From the NCBI GenBank assembly GCA_030265395.1, contig JARFYF010000036.1, positions 29,654,382-29,718,381 on the forward strand: a DNA stretch of 64,000 nt, read 5' to 3'. Shown piece by piece: positions 52,401 through 64,000 of the stretch. The stretch's first letter is position 1. Each line of letters opens with the position of its first letter. This DNA is from Rhina ancylostomus (Eukaryota). The notes under the pieces are model-generated. The model saw nothing but the letters and a program-made list of their open reading frames with translations, was not told the DNA's origin and ran no database searches. Both the position numbers and the translations under genes were made by a program.

Positions 52401-55400
52401 TGTTGATTAGCATCTACCACTCTCACTCAATCTTTCATCTTAGGCACTTCTTGGAGGAGCCAATGAGGGCGGTAGGGTACACCCAGTGCAGGTTTCAATG
52501 ATGATTGCCAATGTTGGCTTGGCCGCCTGGACTGAATTCACCAAGTTCAAAACAATAGGGCTGCCCCCATAGGCAGGTGCTGAGAGTTTACACCTGCAAT
52601 GGTAGAAGTGTCCTTCACAACACTTGTGCAGATGAAGCTCTGTTTTCACACTTTGGACACAGTCCATCATGTTGCATACCACATGACTGGACCTTTATTG
52701 CAGTTCAGCTGAAATCCAGGGATAAGGTGAGGGTGAGTCCCTTGACATCAAGGTAGCATTTTGAACATGCGGCATCAAAGACCCCTCATAAAATTGAAGT
52801 CCATGGGGACTGAAGTCCATTAGCTGGTGTTATACCCAGCACAGAGATGCTAACCAAGATGAATGTAATTTTCAGAGGCTACTCATTTCAGACCCAGGAC
52901 ATAATCCCAGGGTGAGATTCTAGGCCCAACCAATTTATTTTGTTTCAACAGTAACCTTCAGCGTAAGAACACATCTGAGATTGTTCATGGATGATAACAC
53001 AGGGTTCAGTTCCTTTCCTAACTCCTTAGATATTAAAGCAGCCCTTGCCCACCTTGCATCAAGAACAGGGGGGGGGGGGGGGGNNNNNNNNNNNNNNNNN
53101 NNNNNNNNNNNNNNNNNNNNNNNNNNNNNNNNNNNNNNNNNNNNNNNNNNNNNNNNNNNNNNNNNNNNNNNNNNNNNNNNNNNAGAATTCTGGCTTGGGC
53201 TAATAAGTAATAACTAACATTTATGCATCATACATGTCAATAATGACCCCCTGAAACAGGAGCAAGTTTTAACTAACCCCCCCTCACCCCCTGACATTCA
53301 ATGGCAATACCACCTTCAAATTGGTCCAGCCACACAAATACATTTAGTATAAGAGCAAGTCAGAGACTGGGGATTTGGAAATGAGTGGCTCACCTCCTGA
53401 CTCTCTACGGTCTTCTCACAATGCAAGTTTTGTCAGAAATAATCTGTTCTCATCCTCTATATTAGCTTATGTTCATCCAAAACTCCAAACCTTACTGAAA
53501 CTCTTATTCATACATGAGGGTGAACACAGTGATCTGCATAAATCTGTGTTGACTCTGCTCAATTCTTTTATTATATCCCAAGTGCCCATGACCACTTCCT
53601 ATCAATAGATTCCAGCAACTTTCCTTACAGTTGATGGCAGGTCCACTTATCTGAAGTTCCCTGTTTTCTCCCTCCTGCCTTAAGTATTGGAGAATATAAA
53701 GGAAAAGAAAATTAAACAGTAAACCAAGTGAGGAGAAAAGTTAGGAGACAGTTCTTTTACGTAGTACTTTTCAGTTCTTTGCCAGGGAGAAGTTGAGGAC
53801 TATTTGCAAACTTCAGGGGTAAACTACATGAACATTTGAANNNNNNNNNNNNNNNNNNNNNNNNNNNNNNNNNNNNNNNNNNNNNNNNNNNNNNNNNNNN
53901 NNNNNNNNNNNNNNNNNNNNNNNNNNNNNNNNNNNNNNNNNNNNNNNNNNNNNNNNNNNNNNNNNNNNNNNNNNNNNNNNNNNNNNNNNNNNNNNNNNNN
54001 NNNNNNNNNNNNNNNNNNNNNNNNNNNNNNNNNNNNNNNNNNNNNNNNNNNNNNNNNNNNNNNNNNNNNNNNNNNNNNNNNNNNNNNNNNNNNNNNNNNN
54101 NNNNNNNNNNNNNNNNNNNNNNNNNNNNNNNNNNNNNNNNNNNNNNNNNNNNNNNNNNNNNNNNNNNNNNNNNNNNNNNNNNNNNNNNNNNNNNNNNNNN
54201 NNNNNNNNNNNNNNNNNNNNNNNNAATTCAGATTTTCATTTCAGATTTTTAGCATCTGCAGTGTTTTTAAATTTAATCTTCTACAATCTTTGGCTGTTTT
54301 CAGAAGTTGGCAGAAGGAAACACATTTGTTTGTGCAACTGGGTGGCAGCACTCCTTACAACAGTATTTCCTACAACACCCCCGCAGCATTTAATTTGACA
54401 AAGCTCTCTGCAGCATCTGAAGGTAATGAAATTTGAAGTCCCACATGTGCAATATATCATCCTACATGTTTGCTTTTGTTGAAAAACAATATTACACACT
54501 GTATATTAACCTTCCATTTGCTCAGTGTTACAGTGTTCTTTTCTTGAGAGAATACTCTTTAGCTAGAGAATACCACTAAATTGCAATGTATTTTTTTTCC
54601 CTTTTGGGTCCATTTATGCAAGTGGAGTAAAAATGGTTCAAGTGAACTTCAACAGGAGAAAATTGATGCATGAAAATTCAGAATGATGCCTTGTGTGTGG
54701 CACAATAGGGAATCTTGTTCAACTTTGCTTTGAGAAAACTTAACACCTGATCAACACAATGCACATTTAGATTTAGAGCAAAGATTAAAATGCACTGCAG
54801 AAATGCTAAGCTTGCAATGAAAATTTTGCAAATGGAGTAACACTTAAGGATACGGATCCAACATACCCTGATTTTGAACATTAAGCACTAACAGTAGCAA
54901 TGAGAAGTCGCTATGGCAAATGAAAAAGATCTTTTTTCTAAATTCTGTTTTCCTGTTCTATTGTTATGTCCCATGATTCTCTTAATATGCAGAAATCTGT
55001 TTCCAAAGTACATGGAACAATCACAGCCTCTGGATCAACAATTCATAGCCCTATTACCAAAGATATTTCCCCTTGTTATCCAAAATGGATGACCCTTAGC
55101 CTGGGAAAATGAGCCCTTTATCTAGATTTTCATTCATGCCTTGATATTCCTCAACACTCTCACACCTGACTCTCTTTTTAAAGAAGAATTGATCTTTTTT
55201 TAGACTTCAGACTCATGTAAATTATCTTTTTTTAAAAACTGGAAATCAAATCCCTGTAAGTAGATTTAAGGCAAGATTCCACTTACTTGATTCAAATGAA
55301 AAGTAAAGTGAAATTTGCTTCTTCAGTTTGCAATGTTACCTTAACTGATTTCTCTCATGTCCTGATTCAGTTACGGCATAAATTCTGAATGTAAGAACTT

Positions 55401-58400
55401 TGTGGTTTTTACTATATTTTGGTCCTTTACTTCATAATAATAGTTAAAATAGTGGAATCTGATAGAATTTGTTCCAAGGGAATAGGGAAGGAACTTGTGC
55501 TGAGTATTCCACATCTGATTTGTAAATGTTATATTACTAGCTATAGTAAAGATGCAGATTACATAATACTCACCAATTAACATCTGGTCTCCAATGCCTG
55601 CAATTTTGGTATTACACTCATGCACTGAATCTTTCAGACCAGTGATTTCTTGACCGTGTATCACAAGGGTTCCATTCATTTGGTCCATGTAACTCCACAG
55701 ATCACCAGCATGATTATCCAAAGCATCCTTAATAAAATCCAGACTGGTTGTTATTGCATTTAGCTTACTGCACACACTCTCCATTTCAGCTACCCGCCTG
55801 TCAACCTGTGATACTTCCTTCTGGATGTCCTGAGCATTGTGCTTGCAGTTATGGAGATCTGACATGATCCTGTGGTTAATTCGCTGCAGATCTCCTTTGA
55901 GTTCATGGACACGTCTGTCGTTAAACATGAGCTGGGAACCTTGGCTATTCAATATCTGTTGAATTAGATGGACTTCATCTGTCATTTTGCGCTCATGTTC
56001 ATCCCAGGTTGAATTGGCATTTGCAAAATCATCAGCATATCTGCTGACAGCCTCTTTGATCCCTTTCAGTGTCCTGTTAACAGAACTGATGTTGATCTTC
56101 AGTAAAGTGATTTCTCCCTGCACCCCGCTGGATTCTTCTTCCTCTTTAATTTTCCTTTGTATTTCAAACATGGAATAGTTGAGTTTATTGAGTAGACCAG
56201 AGTTCTTATCCAGCTGGGTCACAACATCTTGGCAGTTTTTCTGACAGTTGTCAATATCCGTTCTGAGAATTTCAATGTCGCTAACAATTGCGGTGCAATC
56301 TGCAGTGCAAAGATTTTCCAGAGCTATAATTCTTCCCTCCAAGTTATCCAGACCATCGTTACTTTGCTTTTTAATAGTGGCAAGTTCTGTTTCTAGCATT
56401 GGGATGACTACCCCCTCTAGGTTTGCGGGTGTAGTTACGTTACTTAACTCTTCGACTACAATGGTAACCCGACCCTCGATCTCCTTTAGCTTATCATGTA
56501 GTAGTGTTTTCATTCCATCCAATTCAGTTCCAAAGTGCCCCTTCATCTTGTTTTCAATGGTCATACAATTTTCTTCTATGCTCCTCTCTGTTGCATTGAT
56601 TTTAGCCTCAATGTCATCCAGCCTACTATCATAGATATTTTCTACATGAATAGTGGAGAACTGTGGTAGTTCATTCTCAAATCGAGTTGTTAATGACCTT
56701 TGATAGTTTGATATCTCGTGTAGGTTCTGTTCCAAGGCATTGACTTTGTCTGTCAAATACTTAACAGTGTCACAGCAGTTTTCTGTTACAGCCAATCCAT
56801 CAATTTGAGTTTGTAAGTTATTAATCTCCTTCTTTAGGTCAGCTTCTTTCCCATCTATTGTTTCCTGAAGCCTTTGGTTTATACTTTTCTGTTCATCGCA
56901 CTGCTGTTGGACCAGCTTTACCTTGTAATCACAGATAGTTTGTACATCTGTAAATTTGTTTTCAAAACCATCTAATAGATCCTCTCTGAACTTGGTGAGT
57001 TTGGTATCTATGTAAGTATCAATGAAATCCACAGTTGCTGAAGGTGAAGAGGGTCTACTGGCCTCCAGTAGTTGCCTGAGTTGTCCATCGTGGCCAATCA
57101 CCATGCCATGAACTTCATCAAGCAAGTCACTCTTTGTTTTCAATACATCCTTAACCTCTGTCACTTTGGCTACCAAGTCTCCCATTGCTGGCGGATATGT
57201 TGGTTCTCCTTTACTCAGGTTTTCTAGGCCATCGGTTATATATCCGAAGCCTACCGCGGCATCAGGGTATTTAAGATTATTCAGCAAAGAAACAATCATT
57301 TTATTTGTGTCTTCCTGAATTGATAGCCTGAGGCTATCACTGATTCCGCTGACCATTGTCTGGAGTTTCTCAAATGATTGCGAAAATCGTTGCATTTCAT
57401 CTTCTAAACGGTCAATTCGTTCTCCATATATATCCGGAGCTTTAGGGCCTATAAAAGACAAATATTATAATATTAATGGATTGCACAAATTGGGATGAAA
57501 TTTATGAAATAAATGTGCCTGAATTTAATGTTTATTCTCAGTAAAGTTGCTAAATTAAGGACTTGTTGTCAGGGTTTGTTCTTCTTCTAAGGGACAGACA
57601 TGAAGAATACTATTGATCTTAATAAGTTCATTTACCATAGGATTGAACTAAAGTGATTTCAAGGGCAACTACGATGAGCTGTTAACCTGGCCTCCCTTTC
57701 ATAGCTCCTACTGAGCCAGGTTGAAATTCAAATAGGTCCTGAGGTCAATTACTAATTGAGGAAACTCATGACATTGCTAGGTACAATATTTACACTCTAA
57801 ATCATTTTTCCCTCCTTCTTCAAACTTTTACAGTTTAAAAAGTGACCCAATTTCAAAAGCATAAATACATATAGAAGTTCCAAGGTAAGATAGTAAATGA
57901 GTTGGGCAATTTTAATAATAGAATCAAATTCAAAGGTGTCCACTTCAGATGCACATATATACAAAAAGCTCCCAGGTATTATTTTTGCCAGTTTAACTTG
58001 GCTCGAGGGAATGCCACTTTTGCATTGTAAAACTATAATTAGAAATGAGATTCTTAAATTCTAATTGTTTGTGTGAATATAGAAATTAAACCTTGGAACT
58101 GGGGAATCTGTATATGCAATTCTAAGGCAGATTCTTCTAGAAAAGAGCCTGTGAGTGTGGCCTTCTCAGCAATGATTATATTACGTTGAACCTTTAAATG
58201 ATTTATATGCATGCTTAATGCTTCATAATTGTGAGATTTCCCCACATTGCAAGCATAACAAAGTTAAAAGTAAAAACATTTTCTATGAAGGTTGTCGCAA
58301 TTTAAAGCCAAGAAGCTGAAGTTACAGTTTAGCAATAATACAAAATGGGTGGCTATAAATTTGGTGGCATTTTTACACGTCACCCATTTCTCTAAGCCAA

Positions 58401-60616
58401 TGGAAGAGTGATTCATGGACTGTCGATTTGCTCATGTTGTGCAGTCCCCAAAATCTTTGACCCATTTTATCTTCAAAACTTCATTATTGCTTCCCAAATG
58501 CATTCACAGACAAATTCAGCTTTCTTGATTAAATTTTAATTCTTTTTTTTACAAGCTGTGGACAACACTGGCAATTTGCTGTTCATCTCTGCTTGCCATT
58601 GAATGGAAGGAGGAGTTAAGAGTCAAGCAGATTGGTGGGTCTGCAGTTACTAGGTAAGGGTGGGAGATTTCCTTTCCTAAAGAACAATGTGAACTAAATG
58701 ACTTTTTCCTGCAATCCAGTATTTCATGGTTACCATTAATTGAGATTTTTTAAAAATTTAAGTCCATAAGTTTAATACCCCAGCTGCAATATTAGGATTC
58801 AAACTCACACCTTTGGGTCAATGGTCCCGAATACTGAATGCTAGTATAGAAACCTAACCATTATGCTTCCATGGAAGTTTAGTTGTATCCAGTAATAGCA
58901 GAATTGTCCAAGCTTGTGTTTTGGAGGATTTCGCAGTGTATCATGTAGGATTTCCCATATAACACAATGCTGTGAAGTTTCCTGAAACTGCACGAAAGTA
59001 TTGGCTTAATAAGGAAGTGTACAAATTTTTGGTGCAAAGGTTGAGGCTTTTTTTGTGTGTGACTTAGAGGTATATTTATACTTTGCCTGAGCTTGCCCTG
59101 TTTGTTGTACACAGTCAAGAAAACCTCCATCCAAACCCCTGTTACTCACTAACATTGTTCTGCCTGTTATCCAAAAGGTTTGAAGAACCTTGGGTTGTAA
59201 ATTTATGCCTAACATTTAAAGAGCAGGAGCACCTGATGTCATTTTTGGTTCTATTTAATGAAAAATGTAATTATCTTATTTCTCAGTATTAAAATCACTT
59301 ACTGTATTTTGAATGCATCAGAACAAGTTACACCAAAAAAACCCCTGAAAAGTTGCTTTGACAGCTTTCACAGTCTGTTCAGACCAGGTCTGAAGATCTT
59401 GTGGGGGGACGTCTTAAGTTCAGAGTAGGTTTAATGGCCATGTGAACAGTTCAATTTCCATGAATTTTGTTACTTCCAGAAAATGCAGGCCATTAAATTT
59501 TCTTAAATATTGCAATTAGTGTGCCAAATGTACGTAAATGATGATGTGATTACACACTGCAATTTTTACCAATTTTTAAAAATAAATTTTTACCACGAGA
59601 TCTAAAGAAAGAACACAGCACAAGTTTTGCATTCTCGTCATGGCCCAATTCTGCTTTTTTGTGCCATGTTTTCTCACTTTCCAACATATTCAAAATGAAT
59701 TCACAGGGAAAGTTATACCAGTTTTAAACACAGATTTTGGCTGAACTGCCCATTACATCCTTGTTGAAAATTACAAGACAATGTTTAAATGAATACAGCA
59801 ATTAATTCGCTCAATTGTCATTTAAAAAAAATCAGAGAAAGCTGGAAACACTCAATCTACAGATGCTGGAAATGCTCAGCAGGTCAGGGAGCATCGGGGA
59901 AAAGAGAAGCGGTTAAACATCTCAGGACCAGAACCCTTTATCAGTTCCAGTTCATGAAGGGTCCTGGTCCTGAAACATTAACTCTGTTTCTTTTTCCACA
60001 GTTGCTGCCTGACCTGCTGAGTACTTCCAGCATTCTCTGTTTACGTTTCAGATCTCCAGCATCTGCAGATTGTTGATTTTCAAGTCATTTGTCAAGCTAC
60101 ATTGGCATTCCATGAAATTCTGAACTGGATATTCTAAACAGTCCTTTTCAAACCTTTATCTCCATCAAGATTCAAATGAATGAAAAAGACATATGAACAG
60201 AAATAGAATAACTGACTATAATCAGACCAGATTGTTTGGACATTCCTGAACTGAAAAAAAAGTTATTTTATAAGTTTACACGATTGCCTTTAAGAATGTT
60301 GCAAACTAATAAAAACAGTTACTTCACAACGAAGTGAGATTATGCACTGATCTTGCATGTTTCTACTAGCCTCAGAGCCTAGGTGCAATTTGTAAAACAA
60401 CTCATCTGTAGTTCAAAGGAGACCAAAGGTTCCCGATGACATTAACACTTACCATAATAACCTTTTCTGGGTCCTGGATGTGATGGTCCAAGTTCAGGGA
60501 GTCCTGTCGGACCTTCCTGGCAAGCATCACCAGAATATCCTGGACAACATCTCCATTCTAACTCTGTCACAGTCTTGTATCCAATTTTATATTTAGGTTT
60601 TAGGAAGGTCCGATAC
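40156..60616 (-). CDS. EMILIN3: EMILIN family gene, most likely EMILIN3, with gC1q domain; 5 visible coding exons, 5' exons probably beyond the window
   Basis: EMI C-terminal half [26 protein letters not shown]; coiled-coil exon with GERIDRLE...[10 protein letters not shown] (EMILIN3-like); all visible junctions GT-AG and phase 1; convergent with the lipin. Confidence 0.75.
41174..41305 (-). CDS. EMILIN3: EMILIN gC1q domain exon 1, 132 nt
   Basis: ttatag|[45 protein letters not shown]|gtatga; FS.GL and FNK.L.N.G..Y.P.TG are C1q signatures. Confidence 0.93.
44090..44990 (-). mobile_element. Degenerate L2 LINE
   Basis: Minus strand near 44946-44980 reads HADSTQLYL, similar to the L2 RT motif YADDTQLYL. 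Confidence 0.6.
45015..45240 (-). mobile_element. Degenerate V-SINE
   Basis: Homologous to 61560-61893 (agattctaccactc.cctacac...gaggaaaccca...gaatgtgcaa.ctccacacagacagc). Confidence 0.75.
45481..45516 (-). CDS. EMILIN3: EMILIN collagen-like micro-exon, 36 nt, (Gly-X-Y)4
   Basis: gaatttcag|GT CTA CAA GGA CCC ATA GGC CCT CCA GGA TCA TCA G|gtaaaa = [12 protein letters not shown]; symmetric phase 1. Confidence 0.85.
47190..47320 (-). mobile_element. CR1 3' end running into an assembly gap
   Basis: catagaacattacagcatagtacaggcccttcggccca.aatgttgtgctga is the reverse complement of the tail near 3500-3545. Confidence 0.8.
49922..50080. repeat. Inverted pair of Penelope-like ends (hairpin)
   Basis: gaaaataaaa...gatgctggaaatact...gtggag versus ctccacag.atgctgcctaagctgct...tttttatttc. 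Confidence 0.6.
52062..52365 (-). mobile_element. tRNA-derived V-SINE (HE1-like), relatively intact
   Basis: On the minus strand: tRNA-like head with B box-like gggctcaattccc, V core gtttgtacattctccccatgtgtctgcgtgggtttcctccgggtgcttcggtttcctcccaca, (tatc)n tail. Confidence 0.9.
52730..53500 (+). mobile_element. Degenerate LINE reverse-transcriptase remnant
   Basis: Fragments [15 protein letters not shown] and FMDD in the expected RT motif order, broken by frameshifts. Confidence 0.6.
55574..57448 (-). CDS. EMILIN3: EMILIN large coiled-coil exon, 1875 nt
   Basis: Core of the 696-aa ORF; ttttatag|GC CCT AAA ... ATG TTA ATT G|gtgagt; heptad-rich with scattered cysteines. Confidence 0.95.
59827..60080. 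repeat. Inverted pair of Penelope-like ends forming a ~170-nt hairpin
   Basis: 59863-59940 atgctggaaatgctcagcaggtcagg..gcatc...caggaccagaaccctt is the reverse complement of 59957-60033 aagggtcctggtcctg...gcctgacctgctgagtacttccagcat. Confidence 0.8.
60453..60616 (-). CDS. EMILIN3: EMILIN exon: second half of the EMI domain, 164 nt
   Basis: cacag|G TAT CGG: [55 protein letters not shown]|gtaagt. Confidence 0.95.
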
Positions 60617-61559
60617 CTGTGTGAAGCAATTAATTTTTTAAATTAACAAAACATATCACAGCTGGGAAATTTGAATGATAACAAACTATGTATTTTCCAC
60701 TGCAGGAGAACGCATGAAACCACAAGCAAAAGTAGCTTGGTTCTGATTTCTTAATGATTTGTTGTTTACTTCAAACTTCTTAATCAGTACAAATCTTTCA
60801 TGGCAGAGTAAGGCTACAGATATGAAAACTATCTTTAATTCTTCCTTACATTTCCAGAACCTTAGGATTGATGGAAACTGGGTTAAAAAGATGAAAGATT
60901 TCTTGACAGTTTGGAGCCAAATTGAATGTGATCCCAACAGGATATATAATGAAAGCTATTCCTGGTTCAAGTTGGCAGAATGAGTTCTTTAATACAATCA
61001 GTCTCAGTTTGAGCATAAATGGAGCAGAGCAAATTACCTTTATTTTCAGGTCCCCCTTTTGCAGTTTTCAAAATTAGCTCCCTCGATTGATTTGGAAACA
61101 AAGCACTTTATTTGGATCTGCGTGAATATCTTGGGCCTCAGTGTCCTTTAAACACAACTACCGTTATTAAATCTAGATTAAATGACAGCTGTGAAGTGGA
61201 TTTCTGCATCTGATTGAGGTTCAAAGTCGCCCAGCTTTCTCAGCTGTCTGGAAATTGATTCCATCGACTAAAAATAGCTGCTTAAATCAAGCAATGTGTT
61301 TTTCATTAAAATTAAACATGTACTGTGCTAACAACAGGACACCCAAGAGGGAACAGATGAGAGAGCCAGGTTATGTTACACACTCAGCCCACACCTCACT
61401 TTCCATGCTGTTTTGGACTGAATACTCTCTATTTAACTAAAATAAAAATGTATTATTCCACCAATAACAGTGTAATAATGCATGTTTGTAGTCGTATTAT
61501 CAAAATAATGCTCGCAGCTACCCTTTTGGTAATCTCTGCAACTACACTGCTGAGTTAAT

Positions 61560-61893
61560 CTCATATGACACAGGACGAGGTCACTTTGGCCCATGAAGTC
61601 CACGCAAGTTTACCAAGCAACCCCATTCCCTGTAACCCATTCTCCCCACATTCCCATCAACTCACCCCAGATTCTACCACTCGCCTACACACAAGGGGCA
61701 TTTTATGACGGTCTACTAACCCACCAATTTGCACACCTTTAGGATGTGGGAGGAAACAGGCCCCAGAGGAAACCCACAAGGTCACAGGGAGAATGTGCAA
61801 ACTCCACACAGACAGCGCCGCAGGCCAGAATTGAACCCAGGTTGCTGGAGCCATGAGGCAGTAGCTCTACTAGCTCTGCCACTGTGTCACCCA
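61560..61893 (-). mobile_element. tRNA-derived V-SINE with CR1-like 3' tail
   Basis: On the minus strand: gggtgacacagtggcagagc...gggttcaattc...gtttgcacattctccctgtgacc...gggtttcctc...tgggccaaagtgacc. Confidence 0.88.
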
Positions 61894-62194
61894 AATTGGT
61901 AAGCTACTGTGTCTTGTTATTTTTCCAGCAGTTAGAGATTTAGAAATTGGTTCTATAGATATGACCTATTTACAAGTTGCAATGACATACCTCAAGTCGG
62001 TGAGACTCTGCATTAAATATAAATGGTATTATATTTATGGTAGAATCTGCAGGATTTTCAGGTTAAGATAATCCAGGCTCTTGTACAGACAGAGGACATT
62101 TGCCTTTCTTTATATATAACTGACATAGTGCAGGAATGAATGAGTTATTTTCCTTTATGTAGTCATCAGCCAGGGAAGTCTTGTTTTCACCTTC

Positions 62195-62345
62195 ACAATA
62201 TTTAAGAAGCATTTAGATAGGCACTTGAGGTGCCAAGGTATAGAATGCTATGGATATAATGCAGGCAAATGGGGTTAGTGTCGATGGGTCCACTAGTTAG
62301 CATGGACACAGTGGGCTAAAGGGCCTTTTCCTGTGTGTATGATTC
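62195..62345 (+). mobile_element. CR1-type 3' tail fragment
   Basis: tttaagaagcatttagataggcac...gtgggctaaagggccttttcctgtgtgtatga. Confidence 0.65.
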
Positions 62346-64000
62346 AATTTCCTTGTTATTGCTCCAATTTATATGTAAACTGCTTACATCAAGTGAGAGA
62401 TCTGCCTCAGGTCTCCACCGAGGTGGAGATACCAGAGAATGTTTTCTCAGCAGGTTTTCCTTCACTTGGAGAAGAGAGAAAGCCAATTGTCTGCACATGA
62501 GATGAAAGTATTCCATCCCCTATTTCATGAGAATTTAACTGGCACACAGTTTATGCAGTTGTCAATTTCTCTTTGTAGCTTGTCTCTGCCATTAACTAGA
62601 ATCTCAAAAGTGAATGCCAGCAAGGGAACTGTATGCAATCATCTTCTGTTGCAAAGCAAATAAAGAACTGAAAAATAAACAAATGTAGTGGTAACTTAGG
62701 GAACAATGTTCATTTCAACCATGAGTGGGATTCACGGACTAATACAGAGACATGGAAAAGTGATTAGAAGCCACTAAATTTGATTGATACCACCTCTTTG
62801 GTAAACAAACATGAAATTATTCCTATTAAGACATATACTGTTCAAGGCATCTAGTGTGATTTGTTTTTTTCCATTCGAGTTTAAGTCAGAAAGAACATTG
62901 CATTAGAAAACATGTCATACAAACTACTGCTGCAGCAGATGTAACATCTGCAGCCCAAATTGAACTGGTAGCAAACTTGCTTTTGAAGAGCAGCTGCCCT
63001 TCATTCTTGGGGTTCTAGGTAGCATCTGCACTGAGTTTTTGGAAGTAGCTGTTTGTAGTAACAGAACCTGGCCAAAATGGTGACCTAGTGTGAAACATCT
63101 TCCCAAATGCACATTTAGTTCAGGAGCATTGTGTTTGATTGATTGGTTTCTTTGATAACTGAAAAATCTTCAATTGCTTTGTCCCTGATGCTATTCTTTC
63201 AGGTGTCCAGCACGTCTGAACTGAAAATTGCCACTCACAAAATTGTCAGGCACCATGATGATGTCAAAAATCACTATTGCAGTGCTTTTTATTAATTCAA
63301 AAGTATACGTTCAGATAAAAACTCCCTTTCGTGACAAATCATAGATCAGTGAATCTTACTATACAACAGGAGGCTATTTGATCCTTCATTTCTGGGCCAG
63401 CTCTTTGAAAGAGCTATTCAATTAATCTCACTTTTTCAAATCTTTTCTCCAAAGTGTTCCAAAACCTTTCCTTCCTTTTCAAGTAGATATCTAATTGAAA
63501 ACTAATTCTAAATCTGCTTCCAACCACCTTTGCATTGCTGAATGCAACATAAAAGTGCGTAAAGTTTTCATCAGCAATCCTGTGATTCTCTTGCCAATTA
63601 CCTTAAATCTGTGTCCTTTAGTTACTGACTCACCACAGCAGAAAAATTATTTACTCTGTGAAAACTTATCACAATTTTAGAATATTTCCGAAGCCTTCTT
63701 TATGCTTCTCTCCTCTTTTAAAAAAAAAAGAAATTTTCTGGAGTCTGTCGTGCATCCAATTAAAAAAGCAACAATTTCAATCAAAAGAATGCTGTGACTA
63801 CCTTAGTACAATTCTCTGCCAAAATACACCAGTTATTCTTTCAAGTTCAGTCTTGACTGCAGCCTTTGTTTAATTCAATCTGCAAGACGCTACAAATTGA
63901 ACTTAATGAAATTTTAATAAGGTAATGGTGGGAGGAAATCACATCAATGTCACGAAAGCTGTCAAAAGGCATTTTCCAATGAAACATGTCTCTGACATCT

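Noticed and set aside
5114-54252. Long ORFs made mostly of X (5114, 7047, 7268, 47309, 53836 and others)
   Set aside because: They are open only because N runs contain no stop codons.
62924-63112. Minus-strand 62-aa ORF and short palindromes (ctgctgcagcag; gcagatgtaacatctgc) as a candidate upstream EMI exon
   Set aside because: No EMI N-terminal cysteine pattern (C-A-Y-V...V-S/T-C) was recognised; the upstream exons probably lie outside the window, and the palindromes are too short to interpret.
1-64000. CRISPR arrays, operons, defence systems, rRNA or tRNA genes
   Set aside because: The window is intron-rich vertebrate DNA with no regularly spaced repeats or prokaryotic gene structure.

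Overview
This is AT-rich vertebrate genomic DNA with about 13 assembly gaps. The repeats (V-SINE/HE1-type SINEs, CR1, L2, Rex/Babar, Penelope-like ends) suggest a cartilaginous fish, but that is an inference. Two spliced genes face each other tail to tail. On the + strand, a lipin phosphatidate phosphatase (best match LPIN3) has 19 coding exons from ATG 3727 to TAG 32948. All visible junctions are GT-AG and phase-consistent, the 5' part of coding exon 3 lies in a gap, and the DIDGT and LGHIL motifs are intact. On the - strand, an EMILIN gene runs from beyond the right edge to TGA 40156. Its EMI and coiled-coil exons look like EMILIN3, which fits the LPIN3-EMILIN3 convergent synteny. The main observation is that this EMILIN3-like gene splices on into a 36-nt collagen micro-exon and two exons encoding a complete gC1q domain, which mammalian EMILIN-3 is known to lack. 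Lesser observations: dispersed Penelope-like ends with decayed minimal hammerhead ribozyme cores, some as long hairpins; a Rex/Babar LINE nested in a CR1; a diverged ~220-bp duplication downstream of the lipin stop; a Tigger-like MITE; and two possible routes to a gC1q-less isoform. No prokaryotic-type systems, CRISPR arrays or RNA genes were found. All family and paralog assignments rest on remembered motifs, not database searches.
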